DNA of 64,000 nucleotides from an uncultured cyanobacterium (lineage in GTDB: Bacteria; Cyanobacteriota; Cyanobacteriia; Cyanobacteriales; Cyanobacteriaceae). Shown here one piece after another: positions 10,605 to 20,310 of this stretch (position 1 is its first letter; each line of letters starts with the position of its first letter). The notes below the pieces were generated by a model. The model saw only the letters and a list, made by a program, of their open reading frames with translations, had not been told where the DNA came from and did not search any database. A program made the translations under genes and the position numbers. The stretch is from assembly GCA_963710605.1 (NCBI GenBank), contig CAVQBA010000006.1, positions 704,001 through 768,000 of the forward strand. The letters run 5' to 3'.

Positions 10605-11627
10605 ATGAAAATATTAATATTATCCACACCTGTAGGTGCATTAAGCTCAGGTATTGGTGGAGGAGTGGAATTAACGATTTATAATCTAATTGGGCAGTTA
10701 CTTGCACGTAATCATCAAGTTAGAGTAGTCGCCCCGAAAGGTTCACAATTTGATGGTGTTGATATTATTGGAATAGATGGTAATGTGCATATTCCTGCTC
10801 AAACCCAAAATCGTGATACACCTATCACCATGCCTGAAAATTCAGTTTTAGCTAATATGTGGGAATATGCTCGTCAAATACAATCAGATTATGACATCTT
10901 GGTTAATTTTGCTTTTGATTGGCTTCCTTTTTATTTAACTCCATTTTTCCAAACTTCGATTGCTCATTTTATTAGTATGGGTTCGTTATCTGATAGTCTA
11001 GACCAAATGATGACTCAAACTGCTTGTTTATATCCGCAAAATTTTGCAGTTTACACCCATGCCCAAGCACTCACTTTTCCTTTTGCCCAAGTCTGTCAAT
11101 CTTTAGGTAGCGGTATCGATTTATCTTTATACCAATTCCAGCCAGTCGCTACTAACAAATTAGCTTGGTTAGGTAGAATCGCCCCCGAAAAAGCCCTTGA
11201 AGATGCCGTTAAAGCCGCCCAAGTTACTAAGATACCATTACTAGTTTTTGGTAAAATTCAAGACGAAAACTATTGGCAAAATATCCTGACAGAATATCCT
11301 CATGCACCGATTGAGTATCAAGGTTTTTTATCTACTATTGATTTACAACGAGAATTAGGTAATTGTAGTGCTTTACTAATGACTCCTCGTTGGTTAGAGG
11401 CTTTTGGTAATGTCGCCATTGAAGCTTTAGCTTGTGGTGTTCCTGTCATTAGTTATGCTAGAGGAGGTCCAGCCGAGATTGTCATTGATGGGCAAAATGG
11501 CTTTTTAGTTACTCCTGATAGTGTAGAAGGTTTAGTCGAGGCAATCAAAAAAATTGACCAAATCGATCGAGAATATTGCCGTCAAATTGCCGAACAAAAA
11601 TACTCTTTAGATAGTTGGGGCGATTGA
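10605..11627 (+). CDS. GT4 family glycosyltransferase; stop may be about 10 codons premature
   Basis: LGRIAPEK and EAFGNVAIEALACGVPVI motifs; the frame continues FEAWLLSIDS* after the TGA. Confidence 0.9.
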   Translation: MKILILSTPVGALSSGIGGGVELTIYNLIGQLLARNHQVRVVAPKGSQFDGVDIIGIDGNVHIPAQTQNRDTPITMPENSVLANMWEYARQIQSDYDILVNFAFDWLPFYLTPFFQTSIAHFISMGSLSDSLDQMMTQTACLYPQNFAVYTHAQALTFPFAQVCQSLGSGIDLSLYQFQPVATNKLAWLGRIAPEKALEDAVKAAQVTKIPLLVFGKIQDENYWQNILTEYPHAPIEYQGFLSTIDLQRELGNCSALLMTPRWLEAFGNVAIEALACGVPVISYARGGPAEIVIDGQNGFLVTPDSVEGLVEAIKKIDQIDREYCRQIAEQKYSLDSWGD

Positions 11628-11755
11628 TTTGAAGCATGGTTGTTATCAATTGACAGTTGACAATGGACAATTGACAATTAATAATCAATTATCGATAATT
11701 AGCGACTCATAATCAACAAAATAATCCTGAAATCCCTTAATCCTCCAAATCCTGA

Positions 11756-12151
11756 TTAAAGCTGTTGAGTAAGTAATAAACCGAAGCTAATCAAACAACC
11801 AAATAATAATCCTAATACACTTAAACCACTAATCCCAAAACCGAGAGTTCTTTTTTCGGCTTGTTGATAATAACCCCAAGCATATAAAACTCGACCTAAT
11901 ATCCAAACACCACCTAAAATTGCTCCCCATAATTCACTGACATAATAAGAAAAAATCCAGACTAAAGGCAAAAACAAAACTAATTGCTCAAGGGTATTTT
12001 GTTGAACTCTTAATGCTCTTTCAAAATTAGCATCTCCTGTCATGGCAGGGGGTTTAACGTTATATTTGTTTCTAGCTAAACCAACAAAAATAACAGTTGC
12101 ATAATAAACTATTAATGCGGAAACGGTAATAATACTTGCTCCGAGTAACAT
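11756..12151 (-). CDS. MAPEG family membrane protein
   Basis: FERALRVQQNTLE and GRVLYAWGY motifs; four TM helices. Confidence 0.9.
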   Translation of the reverse strand: MLLGASIITVSALIVYYATVIFVGLARNKYNVKPPAMTGDANFERALRVQQNTLEQLVLFLPLVWIFSYYVSELWGAILGGVWILGRVLYAWGYYQQAEKRTLGFGISGLSVLGLLFGCLISFGLLLTQQL

Positions 12152-12184
12152 AAAATAAATTCCTTTTTTATTAAGATTAAATAA

Positions 12185-12535
12185 TTACGATTTCCAGTTG
12201 TTTTCCGCTTGACTTAAGACGTATTCGGCTACATTTTTTATTTCTGTTTCGCTTAAACGATCGTTATATGCCGACATATTATTCTTACCATAACTCACAA
12301 TTTCAGTAATAGTATCTACCGAATCGTAACCATATTTATGTAAAGCCTTGGTGCGTAAATTTTTACCTCTTCTGAGAATATTACCACCATTGACATGACA
12401 TCCTGCACAATGAACTTCAAAAACTTGTTCTCCTGAAAGACTAACTAAATTACTCTGGGCAATGGCACTCAAATTATGAGGAATAAAAAAACTTAAGCAA
12501 ATTGTGAATATTAAAACCAAAAAAATTTTGAACAT
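12185..12535 (-). CDS. Cytochrome c6-like protein (c6B/c6C, PetJ2 type)
   Basis: Signal peptide, CAGCH haem motif, GNILRRGKNL, GKNNMSAY axial Met. Confidence 0.85.
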   Translation of the reverse strand: MFKIFLVLIFTICLSFFIPHNLSAIAQSNLVSLSGEQVFEVHCAGCHVNGGNILRRGKNLRTKALHKYGYDSVDTITEIVSYGKNNMSAYNDRLSETEIKNVAEYVLSQAENNWKS

Positions 12536-12682
12536 CTAGTCAAATCTCTATTTAATTATCTTTGATATAAATCAACAATTAAGACGATGAAAATAGTTAT
12601 AGTTAACAAACTATAAAGCAATCATTTTTCTTTAATAACTTCTTAGTATAAACCATTAAGAGTTAATCACGATCGAGTAGTG

Positions 12683-12866
12683 TATAGCCGTTAATGTCTG
12701 TATTTAGGACATTTAGATCAAGTTTTCTTCTTTCCTCAAGAGGGTTTAAAGATACTCCTTTGATAGGCGTATTGAATTTTAATGATAGTAACGGTGCTAT
12801 TTTTTCTCATTACCTTTGCACGAGTGCTCTTTTGACAAAGTATTAATTAACTTGTTAGTTGCTATA
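12683..12866. mobile_element. MITE-like element with TATAGC...GCTATA ends
   Basis: Shares TTAATTAACTTGTTAGTTGCTATA right end and TTAG(G/A)ACAT.TAGATC left part with 23438-23599. Confidence 0.65.
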
Positions 12867-13050
12867 CGTACAAGTTAGAAATATTACTTTTACTTAACAA
12901 AAAAGAGGATTATTTTTAATAATTATTTACAATTGATGCAAAAATATCAAAAAATATAACTTTTGGTAGAGGAAATTTTTGTAAAATACTAAAATAGATC
13001 GTATAACGTAGAGTAAAAAAATCTTAATTATAATTTAAGGAGGGGAAACT

Positions 13051-13249
13051 ATGTTAGTCATTCTCCAAAAAGGAAATATTTTACCGACCACGTGCAATTT
13101 GTCAGCAATGTGTTTTAGCAAATCAAACAGGTAAACCTCGTTTAGCTGAAGGCAAATTAAGCTGTGGGCATTGTTTAACTGAAAAAAAATCCGATCAAGC
13201 TAAAATATACGAATGTCAGATGGGGTTTCGTCTTGCTAATATCGAATAA
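13051..13249 (+). CDS. Small conserved cyanobacterial Cys-rich protein (~65 aa), +1 frameshift near 13087; absent from the ORF track
   Basis: AGGAGG RBS; MLVILQKGNILP / AICQQCVLANQTGKPRLAEGKLSCGH...YECQMGFRLANIE*. Confidence 0.75.
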
Positions 13250-13283
13250 GTAAACTCAAAAAATTTAGTAGTTATTATCATAT

Positions 13284-13763
13284 ATGAATTGGAATAGTAC
13301 TAGCACCGATTGGAAAGATAAATTGTTTGCGGCTTTAGTTTATCTTTTTCCACTTTATTATGCTTTGGATTTTGGGATATTTTTGTTTAGACAATTTCCT
13401 TTTTTACAGTTAATCGCAATTCCGCTTACACCTTTAATTTTTGTCAATAGTATTCCTTTTGGCGGTTTAATCTTGTTTTTTGCTTTATTCGCCGCAGTAG
13501 TAAGAAACCCTAAAATTAGTCATTTTATTCGTTTTAATACTATGCAGGCAATTTTAATTGATATTTTATTAATTTTAGTCAGTTTGGTGGGTAATATTCT
13601 TTTAGGTGGTTTAGGGCAATCAATTCTTACAGAAACTGTTTATAACGCTATATTTTTAGGAACTTTAGCCGTTTGTCTGTATTCAATCATCCAATCAGCA
13701 ACAGGAAAATATCCTCAATTGCCAGCTATTTCTGAAGCCGCTTCTTCACAAGTGCCTTGGTAA
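13284..13763 (+). CDS. Tic20/Ycf60 family protein
   Basis: VVRNPKISHFIRFNTMQAILIDI motif; four TM helices. Confidence 0.9.
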   Translation: MNWNSTSTDWKDKLFAALVYLFPLYYALDFGIFLFRQFPFLQLIAIPLTPLIFVNSIPFGGLILFFALFAAVVRNPKISHFIRFNTMQAILIDILLILVSLVGNILLGGLGQSILTETVYNAIFLGTLAVCLYSIIQSATGKYPQLPAISEAASSQVPW

Positions 13764-13850
13764 AAAAAACTTAAGACACAAAATATTTGACAATTAGCGA
13801 GTTATGTGCATCTAATGTTGATCAACTAGTAATTTAAATACAGGTTTTGA

Positions 13851-14654
13851 TTATGAGATTAATTTTTCAACTTGAATCAATTCACCTTGGATAGAATTAG
13901 TTAATTTACCGATACTTTCAATTTCGATCGTGATTGAATCTCCTAATTGTAAAGGTGCAACACCTTGTGGAGTACCAGTTAAGATAACATCCCCTGGAAG
14001 TAAACTCATAATTTGAGAAATATAGTGAACTAAATATTCAGGAGAAAACACCATATCTGAAAGTAAAGCCGATTGTTTTACCTTTTCTTCATCATCATTA
14101 AGATAAGTTTGTAACCTAGCACCAGAAGTTAATTCTCGCACAATCCAAGGTCCTAAAGGACAAAAAGTATCAAATCCTTTAGCCCTTGTCCATTGCCCGT
14201 CTTTTTGCTGTAAATCTCTGGCGGTTACATCATTAGCGATGGTATAACCCCAAATTTTATTTTTAGCATCTTCAACCGAACAATTTTGAGTTAGTTCGCC
14301 TACTACTAAAGCTAACTCGCCTTCAAAATCGACACGTTGCGATTGTTTAGGGTAGATAATACTCTGTTCGTGGGCAATAATGGCAGAAGGGGGCTTCAAA
14401 AAAATTAAAGGCTCAGGTGGCACTTGTGACTCCATTTCCTCTGCATGAGCTGTGTAGTTTTTGCCTACCGCTATAATTTTAGACGGTGCGCAAGGTGGTA
14501 ACAAATAATACTCTGATTCTTCTAATATTTGTTCTGTTACTTTACCGTCTAACCAAGGAGGGGCATCTAAGACTTCTACTGTCCCATTTAATTGTAACCG
14601 ACCATAGTAAGTTTGTCCTGAGGTAGTTTTAACCCTCACATAACGTTGTGCCAT
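13851..14654 (-). CDS. Fumarylacetoacetate hydrolase family protein
   Basis: VGKNY, FLKPPS, DFEGELA, NDVTARD, KGFDTFCPLGP and GDVILTGTP motifs. Confidence 0.92.
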   Translation of the reverse strand: MAQRYVRVKTTSGQTYYGRLQLNGTVEVLDAPPWLDGKVTEQILEESEYYLLPPCAPSKIIAVGKNYTAHAEEMESQVPPEPLIFLKPPSAIIAHEQSIIYPKQSQRVDFEGELALVVGELTQNCSVEDAKNKIWGYTIANDVTARDLQQKDGQWTRAKGFDTFCPLGPWIVRELTSGARLQTYLNDDEEKVKQSALLSDMVFSPEYLVHYISQIMSLLPGDVILTGTPQGVAPLQLGDSITIEIESIGKLTNSIQGELIQVEKLIS

Positions 14655-14787
14655 AATAATAAAGATAAAAGTGGAAAAAGTGTTAATAATTATGAAATAA
14701 ATTCTTTTTCTGCTATAAATATATAAGCACTATTGCCCAAAAGGATCAATTAATTTTAGATCTAATTTAGTGTTAAGCAAATATAAA

Positions 14788-14834
14788 CCTTGCTTCTGTT
14801 GGCTATTTTAGAAGCCGTTTTAGACCAAAAGGAG
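14788..14834 (+). promoter_or_regulatory. Putative S6:S18 autoregulatory leader RNA
   Basis: CTTCTgTTGG can pair with CCAAaAGGAG (the RBS), enclosing a CCG-containing loop, directly upstream of rpsF. Confidence 0.55.
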
Positions 14835-14845
14835 AATCTAATCTA

Positions 14846-15412
14846 ATGACTGATGTAATTAATGTTTACGAAATGATGTTTATCTTGCGTCCAGACTTAA
14901 ATGGAGAGCAAGTTAATAAGCAGTTACACAAATACAATAATTTTCTTAAAGAAAATGGAGCGAAGAAAGTTTCCCTTGAAGTTTGGGGTAAACGTCGTTT
15001 AGCTTATCTGATTCAAAAATTTCAAGATGGAATTTATGTTTTAGCTTACTACACTGGTGATGGTACTCAAGTGGCTAAAATTGAACGAGATATGCGTTTT
15101 AGTGATGATATATTACGTTATTTAACCATCAAACTAGAACCTGATTTTGAATTTGAGGAAAAAAACATTCCTGAATTACAAACAGTTTCTGTTGAGCCGA
15201 AGGAAGAAGTTACTATTGCTAGTGATAATAAGCCTGAAGAAGCTACTCCTACTCCTGCTACTCCTATTGTAAATCAAACTCCTACAGAACCAGAAGAAGA
15301 AGTTACTGAGGAAACAACAACAACAGAAGCTACTTCTGAAACTGAAGCTACTCCTGAAACTGAAGCTACTCCTGAAACTGAAACTGAAGAAGAAGTTACT
15401 GTAGAAGCATAG
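14846..15412 (+). CDS. rpsF: 30S ribosomal protein S6 with long acidic C-terminal tail
   Basis: [19 protein letters not shown] and DILRYLTIK motifs. Confidence 0.95.
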   Translation: MTDVINVYEMMFILRPDLNGEQVNKQLHKYNNFLKENGAKKVSLEVWGKRRLAYLIQKFQDGIYVLAYYTGDGTQVAKIERDMRFSDDILRYLTIKLEPDFEFEEKNIPELQTVSVEPKEEVTIASDNKPEEATPTPATPIVNQTPTEPEEEVTEETTTTEATSETEATPETEATPETETEEEVTVEA

Positions 15413-15439
15413 TTTTCAATCATCGAAAAGGTAGATAGC

Positions 15440-15808
15440 TTGATTAAATATGGTAAAGGATGGCGTTTAGGTTGGAAATCATCCCCTCTTGTCTATAAAG
15501 GATTAATTGGGGCTGATGATTGGGCAATCGAATTAACCCAAGCTGAGATGAAAGACTTTATTCGTCTAATTTTACAAATTGATCAAGCTATCATTGATAT
15601 TCATCAACACCTCATGGACGAAGAAACGATCGAAATTGAGGTGGAAAGTGAATTGATCTGGTTAGGTGCTAAAGGATACCCTGATAATTACTCTCTACGA
15701 ATTATCTTATCGCAACAACGTGGATGTGAAGGTACATGGTCAGAAAATGCGATTAAATCTTTAATTAACGCTACTCAATCTTTAGATTTTGATTCGGCTA
15801 CCTTTTAG
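15440..15808 (+). CDS. DUF1818-like conserved cyanobacterial protein
   Basis: GKGWRLGW, GLIGADDWAIELT and RGCEGTW motifs. Confidence 0.75.
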   Translation: MIKYGKGWRLGWKSSPLVYKGLIGADDWAIELTQAEMKDFIRLILQIDQAIIDIHQHLMDEETIEIEVESELIWLGAKGYPDNYSLRIILSQQRGCEGTWSENAIKSLINATQSLDFDSATF

Positions 15809-16425
15809 TTGGTTTAAATGATTGATACAAGTATTAAACTAATTAATTAGTTTAAGTTTTTTTACTCATAGCTAGGTTGACAAATCATATTTTAATTTAA
15901 AAATAAGATGAACATTTTTGCTTTCAAAATTAAGTTATTAACTATTTTGTAACTACTTATTCTTTATTTACGCACGATACTGAGGCTTTAGCGTATAGTT
16001 TTGACCTAAACTGGAGCAGAAATTATTAGTAAATTTAATTTACTATTTTTTTTGGTAGCATATTAGTTTAATATTGATTATTATATCAAATCTCTATTTT
16101 AATACCCGAGATAATTAGTTTGTTAATAAATATTAATAAACTATCATATCTACTTAATATTTATTATACTTTTATCACAAAGAGTAGTAGTTGGTATTAT
16201 TAATTAATCTTTAATTAGTAAAAATACTTAGTTACTAAAATTAAATAAATAATTTAAACTTTTCTAGTACTTTCGTTTTTATCTACAGACTTAATACACT
16301 ACCTAAAAACTATTTATTAGTACTTACTCATTATTAAGTAAGATCGTCTATGATGGAAAAATAAAGGTAATCACGATCGTGTATTTTAAACTACAAATAA
16401 AAATCTTTGCAGTAGCAGACAAAAG

Positions 16426-18345
16426 ATGAAAATACTTTTAGCAGAGGATGATCACATTTTAGGAAAACTAATCAAAGATTACCTAATCTCAGAATCAGAA
16501 TTAATTAATGTTGTCAATACAGGTGAAGGCATTAAAGAGCAACTAGTATCGGAAAATTATGATGTTTTGATTTTAGATATGATGTTACCGAAAAAAAATG
16601 GGATTGATATTTGCCGAGAATTAAGAGCCGAAAAAATCGATATAGCTATTTTATTTATTACCGCATTAAACAACCAAAGTGACAAAATAAAAGCCTTTGA
16701 ATCAGGTGCAGACGACTATCTAATTAAACCTTTCGATTTACAAGAATTGTTATTAAGAGTTCAAGCTTTAACTAGAAGAAAAACCGAACTAGTAACAGAA
16801 AATTTGGTTTTGAAATGGGGAGAATTAATGATGATTCCTAACGAGAAAAAAGTTTATTATCATGATCTCAATCTTAATTTAACCCCAACAGAATACAAAA
16901 TATTACAAATTTTTTTAGAATCCCCTAAACAAGTATTTAATCTTGATAATATTATCGATCGATTATGGGATTTAGATAGTATCCCTACTTATAATACATT
17001 TCGATCGCATATCAAATCATTAAGAAAAAAAATTGCCAAAACTGGTTTAGATAGAGATTTTATCGAAACAGTTTATGGTATGGGTTATAAATTAAAAGAG
17101 CAACTTAACCAAAAGCAAACAGTCTTCTCTAATATAACCACTAATACAAACCAAGCAAATTCTCAAATTACACAAGCTAGCAAAATAGCTAAGAACCTGC
17201 AAAAAGAAGTAGAATTAGAAACATTAATTGAAGAAATTTGGTTTGATAATCAAGTTGCTATTTATCAGAATTGCCAACAGATAAAAGATTATATCGCTCA
17301 ACATAATCACCCTTTAAATACAGAAGAAATCATACGTATTATTCACAATTTATCAGGTTGTCTAGGTAGTATAGGTTTTAAGACAGGTACGATAATTGCT
17401 AAACAGATAGAAAGTTTGTTACGAAATAATAATGATCATCTTTGTAATTCTCAGGTTAGTAAACAAGTTGCTAAATTAGCTGACGAATTAGAAAAAACCT
17501 TATTTCCTGATGGTAAACCTCTACTAGAAGCCACAAAATCAACTCAAGATATACAAATTAATCAGCAAATAAATATTTTAGTAGTTAATGAAGATCAAAA
17601 ATTAACTAATAAACTAATTCTTTTTATTGAACATCCTCAAATAAATTTGTCTTTCGCATATACTATTTCATCAGCAGTCGAATATTTAAAAGAGCAAAAA
17701 TTTCAGATTATTTTAGTTGAGACTATTTGGCAAAATCAGTCGATCGAACAATCTAACATTTTATCAGCTTTGATGAAAAATAAAGCTCAAAGTCAAATTC
17801 TGATTTATACCCAAGAAGATAGTTTAGAAAATAGATTATATTGTAATAATTATCCTATTTTTGCTTTTCTAACTCAAACTAATTGTTTAGATATATTATG
17901 GAATAATCTAAAAAATATTATCTTAAATACTGAGCTTAATTCTTCAGTAAAAGAGCGACTTTATGACTTATTGATAATTGATGATGATCAGATTTTTATT
18001 CGATTACTAGAAAATAAATTGAAAATTCAGCAACTACCAATTAATATTTATAGTATTAGTAATAGTGAAAAATTTTTAGATACAATTAAAGAAATTAAAC
18101 CTCAACTAATTATACTAGACTTACAAATGCCAAAATTAAATGGTTTAGATATTTGTAAAATTATCAAAACCGATCCTTTTTTACAAAAAATACCTGTCAT
18201 CTTTTTAACGGGTAATTTAACTCCTGAAGCAATTGAAGCATTTGTTAAAGTAGGTGCAGATGATTTTATTAGTAAATCAAAAATAGATGTAGAATTATAT
18301 CCTCGAATTATGACTCATCTCAAACGGTTTCAATTCGATAACTAG
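16426..18345 (+). CDS. Multidomain response regulator (REC, OmpR-type winged helix, Hpt, degenerate REC, REC; RcaC-like architecture)
   Basis: ILLAEDD/ILDMMLP/GADDYLIKPF, LTPTEY...IETVYGMGY, IHNLSG Hpt His, C-terminal IILDLQMP. Confidence 0.85.
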   Translation: MKILLAEDDHILGKLIKDYLISESELINVVNTGEGIKEQLVSENYDVLILDMMLPKKNGIDICRELRAEKIDIAILFITALNNQSDKIKAFESGADDYLIKPFDLQELLLRVQALTRRKTELVTENLVLKWGELMMIPNEKKVYYHDLNLNLTPTEYKILQIFLESPKQVFNLDNIIDRLWDLDSIPTYNTFRSHIKSLRKKIAKTGLDRDFIETVYGMGYKLKEQLNQKQTVFSNITTNTNQANSQITQASKIAKNLQKEVELETLIEEIWFDNQVAIYQNCQQIKDYIAQHNHPLNTEEIIRIIHNLSGCLGSIGFKTGTIIAKQIESLLRNNNDHLCNSQVSKQVAKLADELEKTLFPDGKPLLEATKSTQDIQINQQINILVVNEDQKLTNKLILFIEHPQINLSFAYTISSAVEYLKEQKFQIILVETIWQNQSIEQSNILSALMKNKAQSQILIYTQEDSLENRLYCNNYPIFAFLTQTNCLDILWNNLKNIILNTELNSSVKERLYDLLIIDDDQIFIRLLENKLKIQQLPINIYSISNSEKFLDTIKEIKPQLIILDLQMPKLNGLDICKIIKTDPFLQKIPVIFLTGNLTPEAIEAFVKVGADDFISKSKIDVELYPRIMTHLKRFQFDN

Positions 18346-18665
18346 TTTAACTATAATATTTTTGCTTAATTAAGAAATTTGATTTGATTTATCTTAGCGT
18401 CTGTATCATCAAATGAGTAGTTATTCACAAATAATTTAAGGTACTAACGTACAAAAAATAAACTAACAATTTTTTTAGAGAAAGGCACTATTTAATGTAA
18501 GACACATTTTTAATTTTAGGTTTCTAGTTAACTTTAGTTAACGTGCATGGTTAGCCTTGAACTTAAGTTCAAGGCTAAGATAAAATCGTTCAATAAATTG
18601 AACTAAAATTATGGCAAACTTAGAAGAATAATGAAATTATCGTGAGGTCAAAGATTTATTTTAGC

Positions 18666-19115
18666 TTATTTACTTAAAGCTTCAATTAAAATAGCTATAT
18701 TCTCCTCATTATTAACATCAAAAATATCGTTATTAAACTCTATATACTTAACATCGATCGAATCAAAATATTGAACTAATTCCCAATAATCTAACTTATC
18801 TTGTTGACTACAAATACCCTGATGAATATCGATCGTCTTTCCTGATTTTTCTTCAGTAAAAGAAATACCAATTCCATGACGTTGGAAATACCATTTTTGC
18901 CTCTCTATTTCGATTGCTCCTTGACGAGGGCAATCTGATAAATATTGTAAGTCTTGAATATGAGAAAAAGATTGAAGAAATTTTTGTTGTAAGTTATTTC
19001 TTAATAAAATAAACTCATTAATTAATTGAGGTGCGTGAGGAATGGTAGTTGAATTTTTCACGGGTAAACTTATCCTTAGCCTAGTAATCTCTATTATATT
19101 TTTGTGCGTCAGCAA
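18666..19115 (-). CDS. Hypothetical protein, DUF6896-like, candidate immunity protein
   Basis: WYFQRHGIGISF motif; overlaps the end of the upstream ParB-like gene. Confidence 0.55.
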   Translation of the reverse strand: MLTHKNIIEITRLRISLPVKNSTTIPHAPQLINEFILLRNNLQQKFLQSFSHIQDLQYLSDCPRQGAIEIERQKWYFQRHGIGISFTEEKSGKTIDIHQGICSQQDKLDYWELVQYFDSIDVKYIEFNNDIFDVNNEENIAILIEALSK

Positions 19116-19392
19116 CGTCCACTAAAAATTGTTTAGCTTGAGAATCACAAACTATCTCTTTGATAATAGGAATTTTGGTTAATCTTAATTTTTTGACTAC
19201 TTCTACTCGATGATGTCCATCTATAATAACTAATTGATTTTCTATTTCTGCTACCTTTACAGGATGATTAACATCAAATCCCTCATTTTTAATTTTTTTA
19301 CGTAATCTTTTAATTTTGCTACCCGACATTTCTGAGGGTGTTTGTCGAGATATTAAAATCTTCGGATTAACATAAATAATACTTTCTTCCAT
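19081..19392 (-). CDS. Stand-alone ParB/sulfiredoxin-like domain protein
   Basis: PVKVAEIENQLVIIDGHHRV motif; no HTH; ATG at 19392 preferred over the TTG at 19407. Confidence 0.8.
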   Translation of the reverse strand: MEESIIYVNPKILISRQTPSEMSGSKIKRLRKKIKNEGFDVNHPVKVAEIENQLVIIDGHHRVEVVKKLRLTKIPIIKEIVCDSQAKQFLVDVADAQKYNRDY

Positions 19393-19414
19393 CTTAAACA
19401 AAGGCAATAAAATA

Positions 19415-20173
19415 ATGAATCTTCAAGCCATTCTTAAACTATATTCTCAAGGTATCAGAGATTTTACTAGTATTAATTTATCATATGAAAATCTCAGCGA
19501 GATGAAATTAAGAGATGTTGATTTGACATTGGCTTACATCAAAGCAAGTAATTGCCGAAATAATAAATTGGCAAACGTAAATTTTTGCAAGGCAACTCTA
19601 ACAGAAGTTGATTTTAGTCAAGCTGATTTACAAGAATGTAATTTTACTGGTGCCGACTTAAGAGGAGCAAATTTTACTGATACCAGATTATGGAAAGTTG
19701 ATTTTACGGGTGCCGATTTAACAGATGCCATTTTTGAGGATGCTGAATTAAAAGAATGTAATTTAAGAAATACTAATATTAGTAATAGTAATTGGAGTTT
19801 AGCATATATAGCTCATTGTAATTTTAGTGGAACTGACTTTACAACTTGCTTAAATATGGATGAACTAGATAATGGTTTTCAAGGTATTGATTTAAGTGAA
19901 GCAAATTTGAGCGGAATTGATTTTTATCGTACAAATTTTTTAGGTTGTAATCTAAAAAATGCTGATTTATCAGAATGTGATTTAAGTAGGACTCTTTTTT
20001 TTAATTGTAATATGGAAAATGCAAACTTACAAAATACAAAGTTGATCGAATCTATTTTCGATAATTGTAATTTTATTACAACCAATTTTCGTAATTCTAC
20101 TTATGGTGCTGATTTTCATAATTGTTATTTTAAGAAAGCTATAATGCAAGATGGCACAATAAGAGATAGATGA
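19415..20173 (+). CDS. Pentapeptide repeat protein
   Basis: Tandem ADL/ANF/VDF pentapeptides; typical LYxxGxRDF N-terminus. Confidence 0.92.
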   Translation: MNLQAILKLYSQGIRDFTSINLSYENLSEMKLRDVDLTLAYIKASNCRNNKLANVNFCKATLTEVDFSQADLQECNFTGADLRGANFTDTRLWKVDFTGADLTDAIFEDAELKECNLRNTNISNSNWSLAYIAHCNFSGTDFTTCLNMDELDNGFQGIDLSEANLSGIDFYRTNFLGCNLKNADLSECDLSRTLFFNCNMENANLQNTKLIESIFDNCNFITTNFRNSTYGADFHNCYFKKAIMQDGTIRDR

Positions 20174-20280
20174 ATCAGATATATAGTAATAAATCTCGAT
20201 CGTCAACAGCTATCTGGTAATAATTAATCTCAAAAATGAGGGTTAAAACCCTCACTACAAACAAAGTAATAAATATTGTC

Positions 20281-20310
20281 TAACTCTAAACTCTAAACTC
20301 TAAACTCTAA
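20281..20310. repeat. Heptamer tandem repeat (TAAACTC)n
   Basis: About 4 copies abutting the asnS stop. Confidence 0.85.
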
